From positions 9,097-73,096 of the forward strand of contig JADKEV010000035.1 of the NCBI GenBank assembly GCA_016717855.1: a stretch of DNA of 64,000 bases, in the 5' to 3' direction. A program made the position numbers and the translations under genes. Below the pieces are notes generated by a model, which did not search any database, was not told the DNA's origin, and saw only the letters and a program-made list of their open reading frames with translations. Shown here piece by piece: positions 1-9,443 of this stretch. Each line of letters starts with the position of its first letter. Position 1 is the first letter of the stretch. The DNA comes from Betaproteobacteria bacterium. GTDB taxonomy: Bacteria > Pseudomonadota > Gammaproteobacteria > Burkholderiales > Casimicrobiaceae.

Positions 1-111
1 CACGGCGTCGAGGTACTGCGCGAGAACGGTTTCAGCGCCGCCGAGATCGAGTCGTTCGCGGCCGCGGGCGTACTCGGCTCCGCGCGCGGCGGTCTCGCGG
101 GGGATGCGTGA
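1..111 (+). CDS. 3' end of an upstream gene (partial); the tail resembles family III (CaiB/BaiF) CoA-transferases
   Basis: Frame 1 reads HGVEVLRENGFSAAEIESFAAAGVLGS... to a TGA at 109-111. The VLxExGxSxxEIxxxxxxGV tail is typical of that family, but 36 aa is too little for certainty. Confidence 0.35.
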   Translation, partial: HGVEVLRENGFSAAEIESFAAAGVLGSARGGLAGDA

Positions 112-899
112 TGCGGCGCGAACCAGGGCGTATCATCGCGGGCATGCCCGCTACGCCCGCCTCGCCCACGAAGCCAGAGACGCCCGTCACGGCGACCGCC
201 AGGGCCGGCAAGCGCGTCACGGGCGGTGCACCGGCGGCGGCCGCGGAGCGCGGAGGTTCCGTCAACGCGACGGTGTACGTCGCGCTGAAGGAACTGATCA
301 CCAGCAACCAGCTGCGCCCCGGCGTCAAGCTCATCCATCAGGAACTGGCCGAGCGGCTCGCGGTGTCCCGCACCCCCGTGCGTGAGGCGCTGGAGCGCCT
401 GTTCCAGGAGGGCTTCGTCACCCGGCTGCCGCGACGTGGCTTCTACGTCGCGGAGATTGACGAGGACGAAGCGCGTGAACTTTACGAGCTGCGCGAGGCG
501 CTGGAGATCTATGCCCTGCGCCGCAGCATGGCCCGGGGCATCAAGCCTGCCGACCTGCGCCGGCTGGATGCGTTCAACCATGCGTACAAGGCGCTGGTGC
601 GCGAAAGCACCACGCGCGAGCGGATGCTGGTCGACCGCGACTGGCACCTCGCACTGGCAGCGCTTGCCGACAATCGCGCCCTGCTGCGCTCGCTGGAGGC
701 AGTATTCGAGCGGCTCATCCTGAAGATCCGCATCGATGGTTACCGCACCGTCCGCGGCGAGGAGGCCCTGCGCGAGCACCTTGGGATGATGAAAGTCCTG
801 CGCGCCGAGGACAAGTCCGAGGCCGAACGCATGCTGGCCGAACACATCCAGGGCGCGCGCCGCCGCTTGGTCGGTCACCTGGCCGAGTTGTCGGGCTGA
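108..899 (+). CDS. GntR family transcriptional regulator (FadR/FCD type)
   Basis: Winged HTH motif LIHQELAERLAVSRTPVREALERLFQEGFVTRLPRRGFYV is followed by a helical FCD-like C-terminal domain. The true start may be the ATG at 144. Confidence 0.9.
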   Translation: MMRREPGRIIAGMPATPASPTKPETPVTATARAGKRVTGGAPAAAAERGGSVNATVYVALKELITSNQLRPGVKLIHQELAERLAVSRTPVREALERLFQEGFVTRLPRRGFYVAEIDEDEARELYELREALEIYALRRSMARGIKPADLRRLDAFNHAYKALVRESTTRERMLVDRDWHLALAALADNRALLRSLEAVFERLILKIRIDGYRTVRGEEALREHLGMMKVLRAEDKSEAERMLAEHIQGARRRLVGHLAELSG

Positions 900-984
900 A
901 GCGCTGTCGCGCCGGCGGTGCCGGCGTCCCGAACCGGGCCCGCAAGCCTCGCCCCGAGACAAGCGGTCCCGCGTCAGCGGCCGC

Positions 985-2001
985 TCACTCCACCTTGATG
1001 TTGGCTTGCTTGATCACCTTGTTCCACTTGGCGATCTCCGACTTCACAAAGTTGCCGGCCTGCTCGGAAGTGCCCGCGGAAGGCTCGTCACCTCGGGAGA
1101 TGAACTGCTCGTGCACCTCCGGCAGGGCCATGACCTTGCGCATGTCGGCATTGATCTTGGCCACCACCGGCTTCGGCGTGCCGGCCGGCGCGAACATGCC
1201 GTACCACGAGGTCACCTCATAGCCCGGCAGGCCCGACTCGATCATGGTGGGCAGCTCCGGCGCATAGGGCGCGCGGGCGTTGCTGGTGACCGCGATGGCA
1301 CGCACCACCCCCGACCTGACATGCGGCAGCACGGCGGCCGGGTTGAGGAACATCAGATCGATGTGACCGGCGATGACGTCGGTCGTCATCTGCGCGCTAG
1401 ACTTGTACGGCACCTCGAGCATCGTGATCCCCGCCATGCTGGAAAACATCACGGCCGACAGATGTGGCGTGGTGCCGGTGCCGGGCGTTCCGTAGCGCAG
1501 CTTACCGGGATTGGCCTTGGCATAGGCCATGAATTCCTGCAGGTTCCGGACCGGCACGCTCGGGTGCACGACGAGGATGTTCGGGTAGCGCGACACCATG
1601 GTGATCGGCACCAGGTCTTTCAGCGGGTCGAACCCCAGCTTGCCTTCCTGAAGCGTGGGGTTGATGGCCATGGGACCGATCATGCCCAGCAGCAGCGTGT
1701 AGCCGTCACCCTGCGCCTTGGCGACCCGCTCGTGCCCGATGTTGCCGCCCGCTCCGACGATGTTCTCCGCCACCACCGGCTGGCCCCACAAGTCTGCCAG
1801 CTTGGACGCAATGATGCGGGTCAACGTGTCCGGGCCGCTCCCCGCGCCACCAGGTATGACGACCTTCACAGGCTTCGAAGGATAAGCGCCGCCCTGGGCA
1901 AGCGCCGCGGTCCAGCCAATAGCCGTGCCGGCCAGCAACAATGCCAGGAACGCGAGCAGTTTCCTGCGTCGCACAATCGATCTGCGGGGCTGAGGTGTCA
2001 T
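985..2001 (-). CDS. Bug-family (TctC-like) tripartite tricarboxylate transporter substrate-binding protein
   Basis: Tat/Sec-like leader RRRKLLAFLALLLAGTA is followed by the family hallmark YPSKPVKVVIPGGAGSGPDTLTRIIA...GAGGNIG...GDGYTLLL. Start taken at MTPQPRR. Confidence 0.9.
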   Translation of the reverse strand: MTPQPRRSIVRRRKLLAFLALLLAGTAIGWTAALAQGGAYPSKPVKVVIPGGAGSGPDTLTRIIASKLADLWGQPVVAENIVGAGGNIGHERVAKAQGDGYTLLLGMIGPMAINPTLQEGKLGFDPLKDLVPITMVSRYPNILVVHPSVPVRNLQEFMAYAKANPGKLRYGTPGTGTTPHLSAVMFSSMAGITMLEVPYKSSAQMTTDVIAGHIDLMFLNPAAVLPHVRSGVVRAIAVTSNARAPYAPELPTMIESGLPGYEVTSWYGMFAPAGTPKPVVAKINADMRKVMALPEVHEQFISRGDEPSAGTSEQAGNFVKSEIAKWNKVIKQANIKVE

Positions 2002-2047
2002 GGTGGAGCCTTTGGACGGTGTAAGGGTGAGCGAGGGCGTCGCCATA

Positions 2048-2081
2048 TTGCATGACATTTTGCATGCAAAATGTCATGCAA
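2048..2081. promoter_or_regulatory. Perfect 34-bp AT-rich palindrome; candidate operator in a divergent promoter region
   Basis: TTGCATGACATTTTGCATGCAAAATGTCATGCAA equals its own reverse complement. It lies between the Bug gene start (2001, minus) and the ABC binding-protein start (2233, plus). Confidence 0.5.
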
Positions 2082-2232
2082 ATATACCGCCCACCCGGCG
2101 AACAGTCAACCCTTCGGAGAATAGGACCGGTCCGGTGCCGGTGTGGCGCGCAGTTTGCTTAAAGGACGGAGGGGCGATTACACTCCGCAACGCCGTCGCC
2201 ACCGCCATCAACCCAATTCCATAGGAGCACCA

Positions 2233-3234
2233 ATGCGCAACCTGATCCTGTTTGCCGCGGCGCTGTTCGCCACCGCCGTCCAGGCACAGACCACCCCGAT
2301 CCGCTTCGCCCTTGACTGGCGCTTCGAAGGGCCGGCCGCGCCCTACTTTGTGGCGATCGACAAGGGTTACTACAAGGACGAGGGCCTGGAAGTGACCATC
2401 GACCCGGGCTCGGGCTCGGTCGAAGGCATCAACCGCGTCGCCTCGGGCGCCTACCAGATGGGTTTCGCCGACATCAATTCGCTGGTCAAGTACCGCGACA
2501 ACCCGCGCAACGCCGCCGTCCAGGCAGTGATGATGGTGTACGACACGCCGGCGTTTTCCATCGTCACGTTGAAGAAGTCCGGCATCAAGGCGCCGAAGGA
2601 CCTCGAAGGCAAGACGCTGGGCGCGCCGGCGGCCGACGGCGCCTGGGCGCAGTGGCCGATCTTCGTGCAGGCGAACAAGATCGACGCGTCCAAGGTGAAG
2701 GTCGACAACGTCGGCTTTCCGGTGCGCGAGCCGATGCTGGCACAGGGCAAGGTCGACGCCATCACCGGTTTCTGGTTTTCGTCGTACATGAACCTGCGCG
2801 CGAACAACGTGCCCGCCGAAGACATCGTCGTGCTGCACATGCGCGACTACGGTGTCGATCTGTACGGCAACGTGATCATCGCCGGCCCGGACTTCATGAA
2901 GGCTTCGCCCAAGGCCGTCGCCGGCTTCGTCAAGGCGACCATCCGGGGCATCCAGGAGACCATCAGGAACCCCGAGGCCGCGATCGATGCGATGATGAAG
3001 CGCAACCCGATCGCCAAGCGCGAAGTCGAGCTGGAGCGCCTGAAACTGTCGCTGTCGAAGAATTTTGTCACGCCCGACGTGGAGAGGAACGGCCTGGGCG
3101 GAGTGGACACGGCGCGCCTCGAGCGTTCGCTGGACCAGATCGGCCTCACCTTCCAGTACACGAACAAGCCCAAGGCCGCCGACATCTTCACCGCGCAATT
3201 CCTGCCGCCGAAGGAACAGCGGATGGCGAAGTAG
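2233..3234 (+). CDS. ABC transporter substrate-binding protein, NMT1/THI5-like (NitT/TauT family)
   Basis: Signal peptide MRNLILFAAALFATAVQA is followed by TPIRFALDWRFEGPAAPYFVAIDKGYYKDEGLEV, typical of this family. Confidence 0.85.
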   Translation: MRNLILFAAALFATAVQAQTTPIRFALDWRFEGPAAPYFVAIDKGYYKDEGLEVTIDPGSGSVEGINRVASGAYQMGFADINSLVKYRDNPRNAAVQAVMMVYDTPAFSIVTLKKSGIKAPKDLEGKTLGAPAADGAWAQWPIFVQANKIDASKVKVDNVGFPVREPMLAQGKVDAITGFWFSSYMNLRANNVPAEDIVVLHMRDYGVDLYGNVIIAGPDFMKASPKAVAGFVKATIRGIQETIRNPEAAIDAMMKRNPIAKREVELERLKLSLSKNFVTPDVERNGLGGVDTARLERSLDQIGLTFQYTNKPKAADIFTAQFLPPKEQRMAK

Positions 3235-3259
3235 GCCGGTGGCGGTCGGCTCCACCGCT

Positions 3260-4042
3260 TTGAGCGCCTTGGTCAAGCTCGACCGGGTGTCGATGGCCTA
3301 TGGCCGCGGCGCGACCGCGGTGCGGGCGATCGAGGAAGTGAGCCTGGAGATCGCGCACGGCGAGTTCATTGCCGTCGTCGGGCCCTCGGGTTGCGGCAAG
3401 TCCTCGCTGATGAAGCTGATCTCCGGGCTGCATCCGCCGCTCGCCGGCGCGCTCACGGTCGAGGGCCGGCCAGTGCGCGGGCCGGTCAAGTCGGTCGGGA
3501 TGGCCTTCCAGAATTCCAACCTGCTGCCGTGGCGCAGCGCGCTGGACAACGTGCTGCTGCCGCTGGAAATCGTGCGACCGTATCGCGACGAGTTCCGCAG
3601 CAACCGGAAGCAGTACGCACAAAAGGCGGAAGAGCTTCTCGGCTCCGTCGGCCTCGCCGGCTTCGCGAAGAAATTTCCGTGGGAACTCTCCGGCGGCATG
3701 CAGCAGCGCGCCTCGATTTGCCGGGCGCTGATCCACGAGCCCGAGATCCTGATGCTCGACGAGCCTTTCGGCGCGCTGGACGCCTTCACGCGCGAGGAGC
3801 TGTGGTGCACGCTGCGCGACCTGCAGGCGGCGCGCAAGGTCACCGTGATGCTGGTCACGCACGACCTGCGCGAGGCGGTGTTCCTCGCCGACACCGTCTA
3901 CGTGATGTCCAACCGGCCGGGCAGGATCGTCAAGCGCTGCGCCGTGGACATCGCGCGGCCGCGCGACCTCGATGTCACTTACACGCAGCCGTTCCAGGAC
4001 ATCGTGCACGAGTTGCGCGCGCTGATCGGGGGCAGGCACTGA
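3260..4042 (+). CDS. ABC transporter ATP-binding protein (NitT/TauT family)
   Basis: Walker A GPSGCGKSS, signature LSGGMQQR and Walker B ILMLDEPF are present. The start is uncertain: TTG at 3260 or 3269, or ATG at 3293. Confidence 0.9.
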   Translation: MSALVKLDRVSMAYGRGATAVRAIEEVSLEIAHGEFIAVVGPSGCGKSSLMKLISGLHPPLAGALTVEGRPVRGPVKSVGMAFQNSNLLPWRSALDNVLLPLEIVRPYRDEFRSNRKQYAQKAEELLGSVGLAGFAKKFPWELSGGMQQRASICRALIHEPEILMLDEPFGALDAFTREELWCTLRDLQAARKVTVMLVTHDLREAVFLADTVYVMSNRPGRIVKRCAVDIARPRDLDVTYTQPFQDIVHELRALIGGRH

Positions 4043-4815
4043 TGGACCGGCGCGAATTCGCTCTCACCGTGATTTCGCCGGCTGCGTTCACCGCGGTGCT
4101 GTTCCTGCTCTGGGAACTCGTCTGCAAGGTCTTCGCCGTGCCGCTCACCATCCTGCCGGCGCCATCGGACGTGTTCGCGGCGCTGTGGCAGTACCGCGCG
4201 CCCATCGTCGACAACGCCTGGGTCACGCTGTGGACCACGGTGGCCGGCTTCCTGATCGCGACCGTGTTCGGCCTCGCGCTGGGCATCGCGATCGGCTGGC
4301 ATCGCGCGATCTACGCCGGCATCTATCCGGTGCTGGTCGGCTTCAACTCCATCCCCAAGGTGGCGGTGGTGCCCGTGCTGATCCTGTGGTTCGGCATCGG
4401 GGAGGTGCCGGCGGTGCTGACCGCTTTCCTGATTTCCTTCTTCCCAATCGCGGTGAACGTCGCCACCGGCCTGGCCACGACCGAGCCGGAGCTGGAGGAC
4501 GTGCTGCGCGCGCTGGGCGCTTCCAAGCTGGACATCATGAAGAAGGTCGGCATCCCGCGCTCGCTGCCATACTTCTTCGGCTCGCTCAAGGTCGCGATCA
4601 CGCTCGCCTTCGTCGGCGCGGTGGTGTCGGAAACCGTGGGCGCCAACAAGGGCCTGGGCAAGCTGATGCTCGATGCGCAGGCGTCGTTCCAGGTGCCCAT
4701 CGTGTTCGCGGGGTTGCTGGTGCTGGCGGTGCTGGGCATCCTGCTCTACGCGGCGACCGCCATTATCGAGACGCGGTTCACCGGGTGGGCGTTTCGGGGC
4801 GGGGCGAACCGGTAG
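4042..4815 (+). CDS. ABC transporter permease (NitT/TauT family)
   Basis: The ATG overlaps the ATPase stop (ATGA). The product has multiple TM helices and an EAA-like loop EDVLRALGASKLDIMKKVGIPRSLPY. Confidence 0.9.
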   Translation: MDRREFALTVISPAAFTAVLFLLWELVCKVFAVPLTILPAPSDVFAALWQYRAPIVDNAWVTLWTTVAGFLIATVFGLALGIAIGWHRAIYAGIYPVLVGFNSIPKVAVVPVLILWFGIGEVPAVLTAFLISFFPIAVNVATGLATTEPELEDVLRALGASKLDIMKKVGIPRSLPYFFGSLKVAITLAFVGAVVSETVGANKGLGKLMLDAQASFQVPIVFAGLLVLAVLGILLYAATAIIETRFTGWAFRGGANR

Positions 4816-5037
4816 AAGTCGGCCCGCTGGTTTCACATTGCGCCAGGCCCGCCCCGGCCCTCCTCGAAGCGACCGCTGTGATAGCCTAGGCGCGACTTCG
4901 AGGCGGATTGTCGATGCCTCGGAAAGCCGCCGCAAACAGTTTTTTGACTGCCTGTCCGGTTCGGGGTCGCGCCTCATCGCGCCACCGCAGCCGGCGCGCG
5001 CGCATCGACGGAAGCCGCAAGTACCGAGGAGATCAGC

Positions 5038-6123
5038 ATGAGTGACCCAGCAGTTTCGTTTTCAGTTGTCGAAGGACACCGCCTGTGCCCGCCCGCGCAC
5101 GTTGCGGAGACGTTCCGGTCGAGCGACGCCGCTGCCTGCGCAGGACGGCGCCGGGGCCGCGGCGTCGCGCACCGACTCGCGCTGACGTGCGCGTTCGTCC
5201 TCGGGTCCGTGGTCGCGGCCCACAGCGCGCTCGCCCAGTACCCGGCGCGCCCGATCGAGATGATCGTGCCGATCGCCCCCGGCGGCGGGATGGACCTGCA
5301 GGCGCGCCTGCTCGCCGAACTGGTCGAGCCGGACCTGGGCCAGCGCGTGGTCATCCTCAATCGCGCCGGTGCGGGCGGCACGCTGGGCATGACGCTGCTC
5401 ACCCAGGCGAAGCCCGACGGGTACACCATCGGAGCGGTCTGGAGCGGACCGCTGACCTCGAGCCCGCACAGCCAGCCGGTCCAGTATTCGCCCGACGACT
5501 ATATCCCGGTCATCCAGTTCTCCAAGGCCCCGTTCGTGATGTGCACCGCGCCTGATTTTCCGGCCGCCACCGGGCAGGAGCTCGTGGCCAACATCCGCCA
5601 GAACCCGGACAAATACACCTACGGCCACGAGGGCATAGGCGGGACGCTGCACCTGGGCGCCGAGCGCGCGTTCGGGGCGCTCGGCCTCAAGGTGCGCGCC
5701 GTGCCGTTCGCGGGTGCGGCCGACACCGCCCGCAACTTCATGGGTGGCCATATCACGTTCTACGCGGGGGGCATCGCGAGCATCCTGCCGCAGGTCAAGG
5801 CGGGCAAGGCGAAATGTCTGCTGCTGACTTCCGCGGCAAACAACCCGCTCTTTCCCCAGGCGATCGGCCTCGATGCGCTTGGCGTGGGCAACATGGAGAC
5901 GGTGTTCTGGCGCGCCATCGTCGTGCCGAAGGGCACGCCGCCGGAGATCGTGGCCAAGCTGGAAGCGAGTTTCCTCAAGGCCGCGCAGCGGCCCAAGTTT
6001 CTCGAATACCTGGCGGGGCTGGGTGAAGTGCCCAGCACCACGCGCGGCCCGGCGCTGGCCCGCGATTTGCGCGCAGAGTACGACGCGCTCGGCGCGCTGA
6101 CCAGGCAGGTAGCGCCGAAATGA
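5038..6123 (+). CDS. Bug-family (TctC-like) substrate-binding protein
   Basis: YPARPIEMIVPIAPGGGMDLQARLLAE...GAGGTLG...PDGYTIG, preceded by a Tat-like RRRGRG leader. Confidence 0.9.
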   Translation: MSDPAVSFSVVEGHRLCPPAHVAETFRSSDAAACAGRRRGRGVAHRLALTCAFVLGSVVAAHSALAQYPARPIEMIVPIAPGGGMDLQARLLAELVEPDLGQRVVILNRAGAGGTLGMTLLTQAKPDGYTIGAVWSGPLTSSPHSQPVQYSPDDYIPVIQFSKAPFVMCTAPDFPAATGQELVANIRQNPDKYTYGHEGIGGTLHLGAERAFGALGLKVRAVPFAGAADTARNFMGGHITFYAGGIASILPQVKAGKAKCLLLTSAANNPLFPQAIGLDALGVGNMETVFWRAIVVPKGTPPEIVAKLEASFLKAAQRPKFLEYLAGLGEVPSTTRGPALARDLRAEYDALGALTRQVAPK

Positions 6124-6862
6124 ACGCGGGCGGCGTCGCCTACGCGCGCACCAGGCGCGTCGATGATGCGCTCGTCGAGCGTGCGCGCGCGTGCTGGGTG
6201 TCCGACTTGCACGAAGGGCTCGGGCCCATCGCGGGCCGGATGGCGACGATGAGCGAGCGCATGCGGCCGCTGGCGCTGGGCATCCGGATGGCGGGGGCGG
6301 CGATCACCGTGCGCCCGGCGCCGGGCGACAACCTGTTTCTGCACCGCGCGCTGGCCAGCGCGAGCAAAGGCGACGTGCTCGTCGTCGCGGCCAACGGCGA
6401 GGCGGGCGCGCAATGGGGCTATCTCGCCGCGCTCCAGGCGGAACGGATCGGGCTGGCGGGCGTCGTCGTCCATGGCACGATCCGCGATGTCGACCAGCTC
6501 GCGCAGATGCGCTACCCGGTCTGGGCGACGGCGATCTCGCCCGCGCATCCGGAGAAAAAGGGTGCGGGCGCGCTCAACGCCCCGTCGTGTGCGACGGCGT
6601 CCTGGTGCATCCGGGCGACCTGGTCGTCGGCGACGGCGACGGCGTGATCGTGGTGCCGCGCGAGCAGGCGGCGGCGGCCGTCGCGTTTTCCGAACGGCGC
6701 GCGGCCGCGGAACAGGAGGCGGTGGAGCGCATCGCGGCGGGGGCGACGTTGTGGGACCTGCACGACATCGGCGCGGCGTATCGCCGCCTGGGCGTCGCGG
6801 AGCACGACCACGGCTGGGACGAACAGAACGACAATCGCCGCAATGAGGGAGAAGGCGCATGA
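6120..6862 (+). pseudogene. RraA family / 4-hydroxy-4-methyl-2-oxoglutarate aldolase-like protein, apparent -1 frameshift
   Basis: The N-terminal 155 aa (...GDVLVVAANGEAGAQWGYLAALQAERIGLAGVVVHGTIRDVDQL...GAGALNAP) continue in another frame as VVCDGVLVHPGDLVVGDGDGVIVVPREQAAAAV... The break is at the C4 run 6580-6583; one extra C restores NAPVVCDG. Confidence 0.75.
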
Positions 6863-7779
6863 AGCTCGGATTCATCGGGGCCGGCAACATCGGCCTGCAC
6901 ATCTGCACGAACCTCGCGCGCAAGGGGCACGAGGTTTACGTCTGCGATAGCGAGCCGGCGGCACAGGCCAGGGCGGTCGCGGCCGGCGCGCAGCCCGTCG
7001 CCTCGCCGCGGGCCGCCGCGCAGGTGGCGGACGTCGTCTTCACCTGCCTGCCCGGACCTGCCGAAGTCGAAACGGTCGCGCTCGGCGACGATGGCATCGC
7101 GCAGGCCGCGCGGCCCGGCCTGGTCCTGGTCGACCTCACGACCAACTTCCCGGAGCACGCGCGCCGCATAGCGGCGGCGTTGAGCGAGCGCGGCATCGGC
7201 ATGCTCGAAGCGCCGGTCGGCAACGGCGTCGTCGGCGCGCGCGAGGGCCGCTCGTCGGTGATCTGCGGCGGCGACGCCGCGCTCTTCGCGCAGATCGAGC
7301 CGCTGTTCCGGTGCTTCGCGACCACCATCCATCACGTCGGGCCGGTCGGCAGCGCGTCGATCGTGAAGTCGATCGACATCCTGGTGGCCGGGGTGAACCT
7401 CGCCGTCGCCTGCGAGGGCTTCATCCTCGGTGCGCGGGCAGGCATCGACCCCGACGTGCTCTTCGACGTGATCAGCACCAACAGCGGGGCGAGCGAACAG
7501 CTCAAGCGGCGGATGAAGCGCAAGATCATCGCGCGCGACTTTTCCCCCGAGGGCAGCATGACGCTCGCGCTGAAGGACCTGCGCGTGACGCTGGGGCTGG
7601 CCGAGAAGACGATGACGCCGATGCCCTACGGCTCGCTGCTGCATGAGCAGTTCGTCGCGGCCAACGCGCAAGGCTGGGGCGGCGAGGACTGGGCGTGCAT
7701 CATGAAGGTCCTCGAGCTGGCGACGGGGACGGAGGTCAGGCGCGGTGCAATGCCGCCTCAGCCGGCAGCTCGAGAATGA
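6859..7779 (+). CDS. NAD(P)-dependent beta-hydroxyacid (3-hydroxyisobutyrate type) dehydrogenase
   Basis: Rossmann motif MKLGFIGAGNIGLHI is at the N-terminus. Overall length and layout fit the 6-phosphogluconate dehydrogenase NAD-binding family. The ATGA start overlaps the previous gene. Confidence 0.85.
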   Translation: MKLGFIGAGNIGLHICTNLARKGHEVYVCDSEPAAQARAVAAGAQPVASPRAAAQVADVVFTCLPGPAEVETVALGDDGIAQAARPGLVLVDLTTNFPEHARRIAAALSERGIGMLEAPVGNGVVGAREGRSSVICGGDAALFAQIEPLFRCFATTIHHVGPVGSASIVKSIDILVAGVNLAVACEGFILGARAGIDPDVLFDVISTNSGASEQLKRRMKRKIIARDFSPEGSMTLALKDLRVTLGLAEKTMTPMPYGSLLHEQFVAANAQGWGGEDWACIMKVLELATGTEVRRGAMPPQPAARE

Positions 7780-7840
7780 GGACGTCAAATGAGCCGGGCC
7801 ACCGCGGCCGCCGATGCTTGAGGCCGTCCGGTCCGACTAC

Positions 7841-9358
7841 CTATCCGACGCGGGCCGCGGGCTCCACATAGCCATAGCGCAGATTGGTACGCCCGCCGCC
7901 CGACCGGTCGTACTCCGCCTTGGCCAGGCTTACGCTGTCCTGCGCCAGTGCCGCGCGTTGCGGCCGCGTGAAGTGGTACAGCCGCGCCGAGTTGTCGCCG
8001 AAGATGGCGCTCTTGACCGGGCCGTCGGCAGCCCCCAGCGGCGCGAAGCCGTATTTCAGTTGCATCTCCTCGGGAATCTCCAGCCGGCGCAGCGCCTCGA
8101 TCTGCCATTGCGGCGCGCCCGTCCACACCGCATCGGTGCCCCATACCACATGGTCGGCGCCCAGGCCCTGGATCAGCTGGCCCAGCATCGCGGCGCACAG
8201 GCGCGGTTCGGCCACCGTGCTCTGGGCGAAGATCTGGCCCAGGTCGCCGTAGACGTTCTTCACGCCGAACTTGCGCGGTATCTCGGCCAGGTCCGTCACC
8301 CAGTCGATGCGTCCGGTTTTCTCGAACTGCTCCCAGCCTGTGTTCTGCGCGCCGCCGGTGAAGCGGAAGGCCGAGTGGTAGACGATGAAGTTGAGCTGCG
8401 GCCAGTCCCTGGCCGCCTTGCCCACGTCGCGCACGTCCGCATACGGCAGCAGCTCCGGAAAACGGTCGGTCGTGGTCTGTGGAAACAGCCCCTTGTGCAC
8501 GCACACATTGGCCAGCCCGGGCTGGGTCCGGCTCGCCCGCACCAGCTTCTCGTAGAACGGGTAGAGCAGCTTCTCATCGTCGAGCCGCCATGGGTGTTTC
8601 GCCAGGTGCTTGTTGGTGTTGTCGCCCACGGTGTAGCCCTTGAACGAATCGGGCTTGAGCAGCTCCAGGTCGCGCTCCACCTTGTCCAGCCAGCCCGGCA
8701 TGCCGGGCATGAAGATGGCGTGCGAGAACAGGCGTTTGCTGCCCGCCTTGGTGTTGACGTTGGTGCGGGCCTCGGCCTTCATCTCGTTGGTGAGGAACCA
8801 GTCGCGCGGGTCTTCCGATCCCGAGCCGGAAATCAGCGCCACCTTGGTGTCGCTGTCGAGATAGATTTCCTTGAAGTAGTTGGCGAACTTCAGGTCGTCC
8901 AGGGTCTGCGGCTTGCCCGCCAGCGCCGGGTTCCAGCCGGCCTTGCCCACTGCCTCGCGCCCGCGCACGAAACCCTCCAGCCGCGTGTCGTCGCGCAGGA
9001 AGTGGGTGTGCATGTCCATGATGAACTGGCCCTTGAGCGATGCCGCGCGCGCGTTGGCCATCTCGGGTGTCTGGGCTTCGGCGCGGCTCACCAGGTATAG
9101 CGGCCCGAAGGTGTCGTTCATCGCCACAAAGGCCGCCGCCATGCCGGCCGCGCCCTGGAAGAACGCGCGTCGCGACACCCCCTGCTTCTTCGCCAGCGCG
9201 GTCCCCAACTGCTTGATGCGCGCTTCGAACTCGCGCTGCTTCGCGCTTTGCGTGGCGGGCAGGAACTCGTCGCTGGAGACCGACTGCGTGGGAATGGGCG
9301 AGCGGAACCGGAGGCGCTCGGCGGGGATGAGCCGTTCCAGGTCATCGGGTGACAACAT
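7841..9358 (-). CDS. Tat-exported metal-dependent amidohydrolase family protein
   Basis: Twin-arginine motif SRRAFFQGAAGMAAAFVA follows an unusual ~55-aa N-terminal extension. HxH metal motif is DMHTHF, and the body is a TIM-barrel amidohydrolase-like sequence. Confidence 0.8.
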   Translation of the reverse strand: MLSPDDLERLIPAERLRFRSPIPTQSVSSDEFLPATQSAKQREFEARIKQLGTALAKKQGVSRRAFFQGAAGMAAAFVAMNDTFGPLYLVSRAEAQTPEMANARAASLKGQFIMDMHTHFLRDDTRLEGFVRGREAVGKAGWNPALAGKPQTLDDLKFANYFKEIYLDSDTKVALISGSGSEDPRDWFLTNEMKAEARTNVNTKAGSKRLFSHAIFMPGMPGWLDKVERDLELLKPDSFKGYTVGDNTNKHLAKHPWRLDDEKLLYPFYEKLVRASRTQPGLANVCVHKGLFPQTTTDRFPELLPYADVRDVGKAARDWPQLNFIVYHSAFRFTGGAQNTGWEQFEKTGRIDWVTDLAEIPRKFGVKNVYGDLGQIFAQSTVAEPRLCAAMLGQLIQGLGADHVVWGTDAVWTGAPQWQIEALRRLEIPEEMQLKYGFAPLGAADGPVKSAIFGDNSARLYHFTRPQRAALAQDSVSLAKAEYDRSGGGRTNLRYGYVEPAARVG

Positions 9359-9404
9359 GGTGTTTTCTCCTCTGGTTGGTGTTCGCTCAGAAGGGCGCAT
9401 CCAG
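9224..9404. repeat. Copy A of a ~181-bp direct repeat (amidohydrolase promoter plus first ~46 codons)
   Basis: Aligns by eye at close to 90 percent identity with 17800-17980. Confidence 0.85.
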
Positions 9405-9443
9405 GCGCGCTGCTACGTCCGTGGTGCAGGAGTGCGCAAGCTT

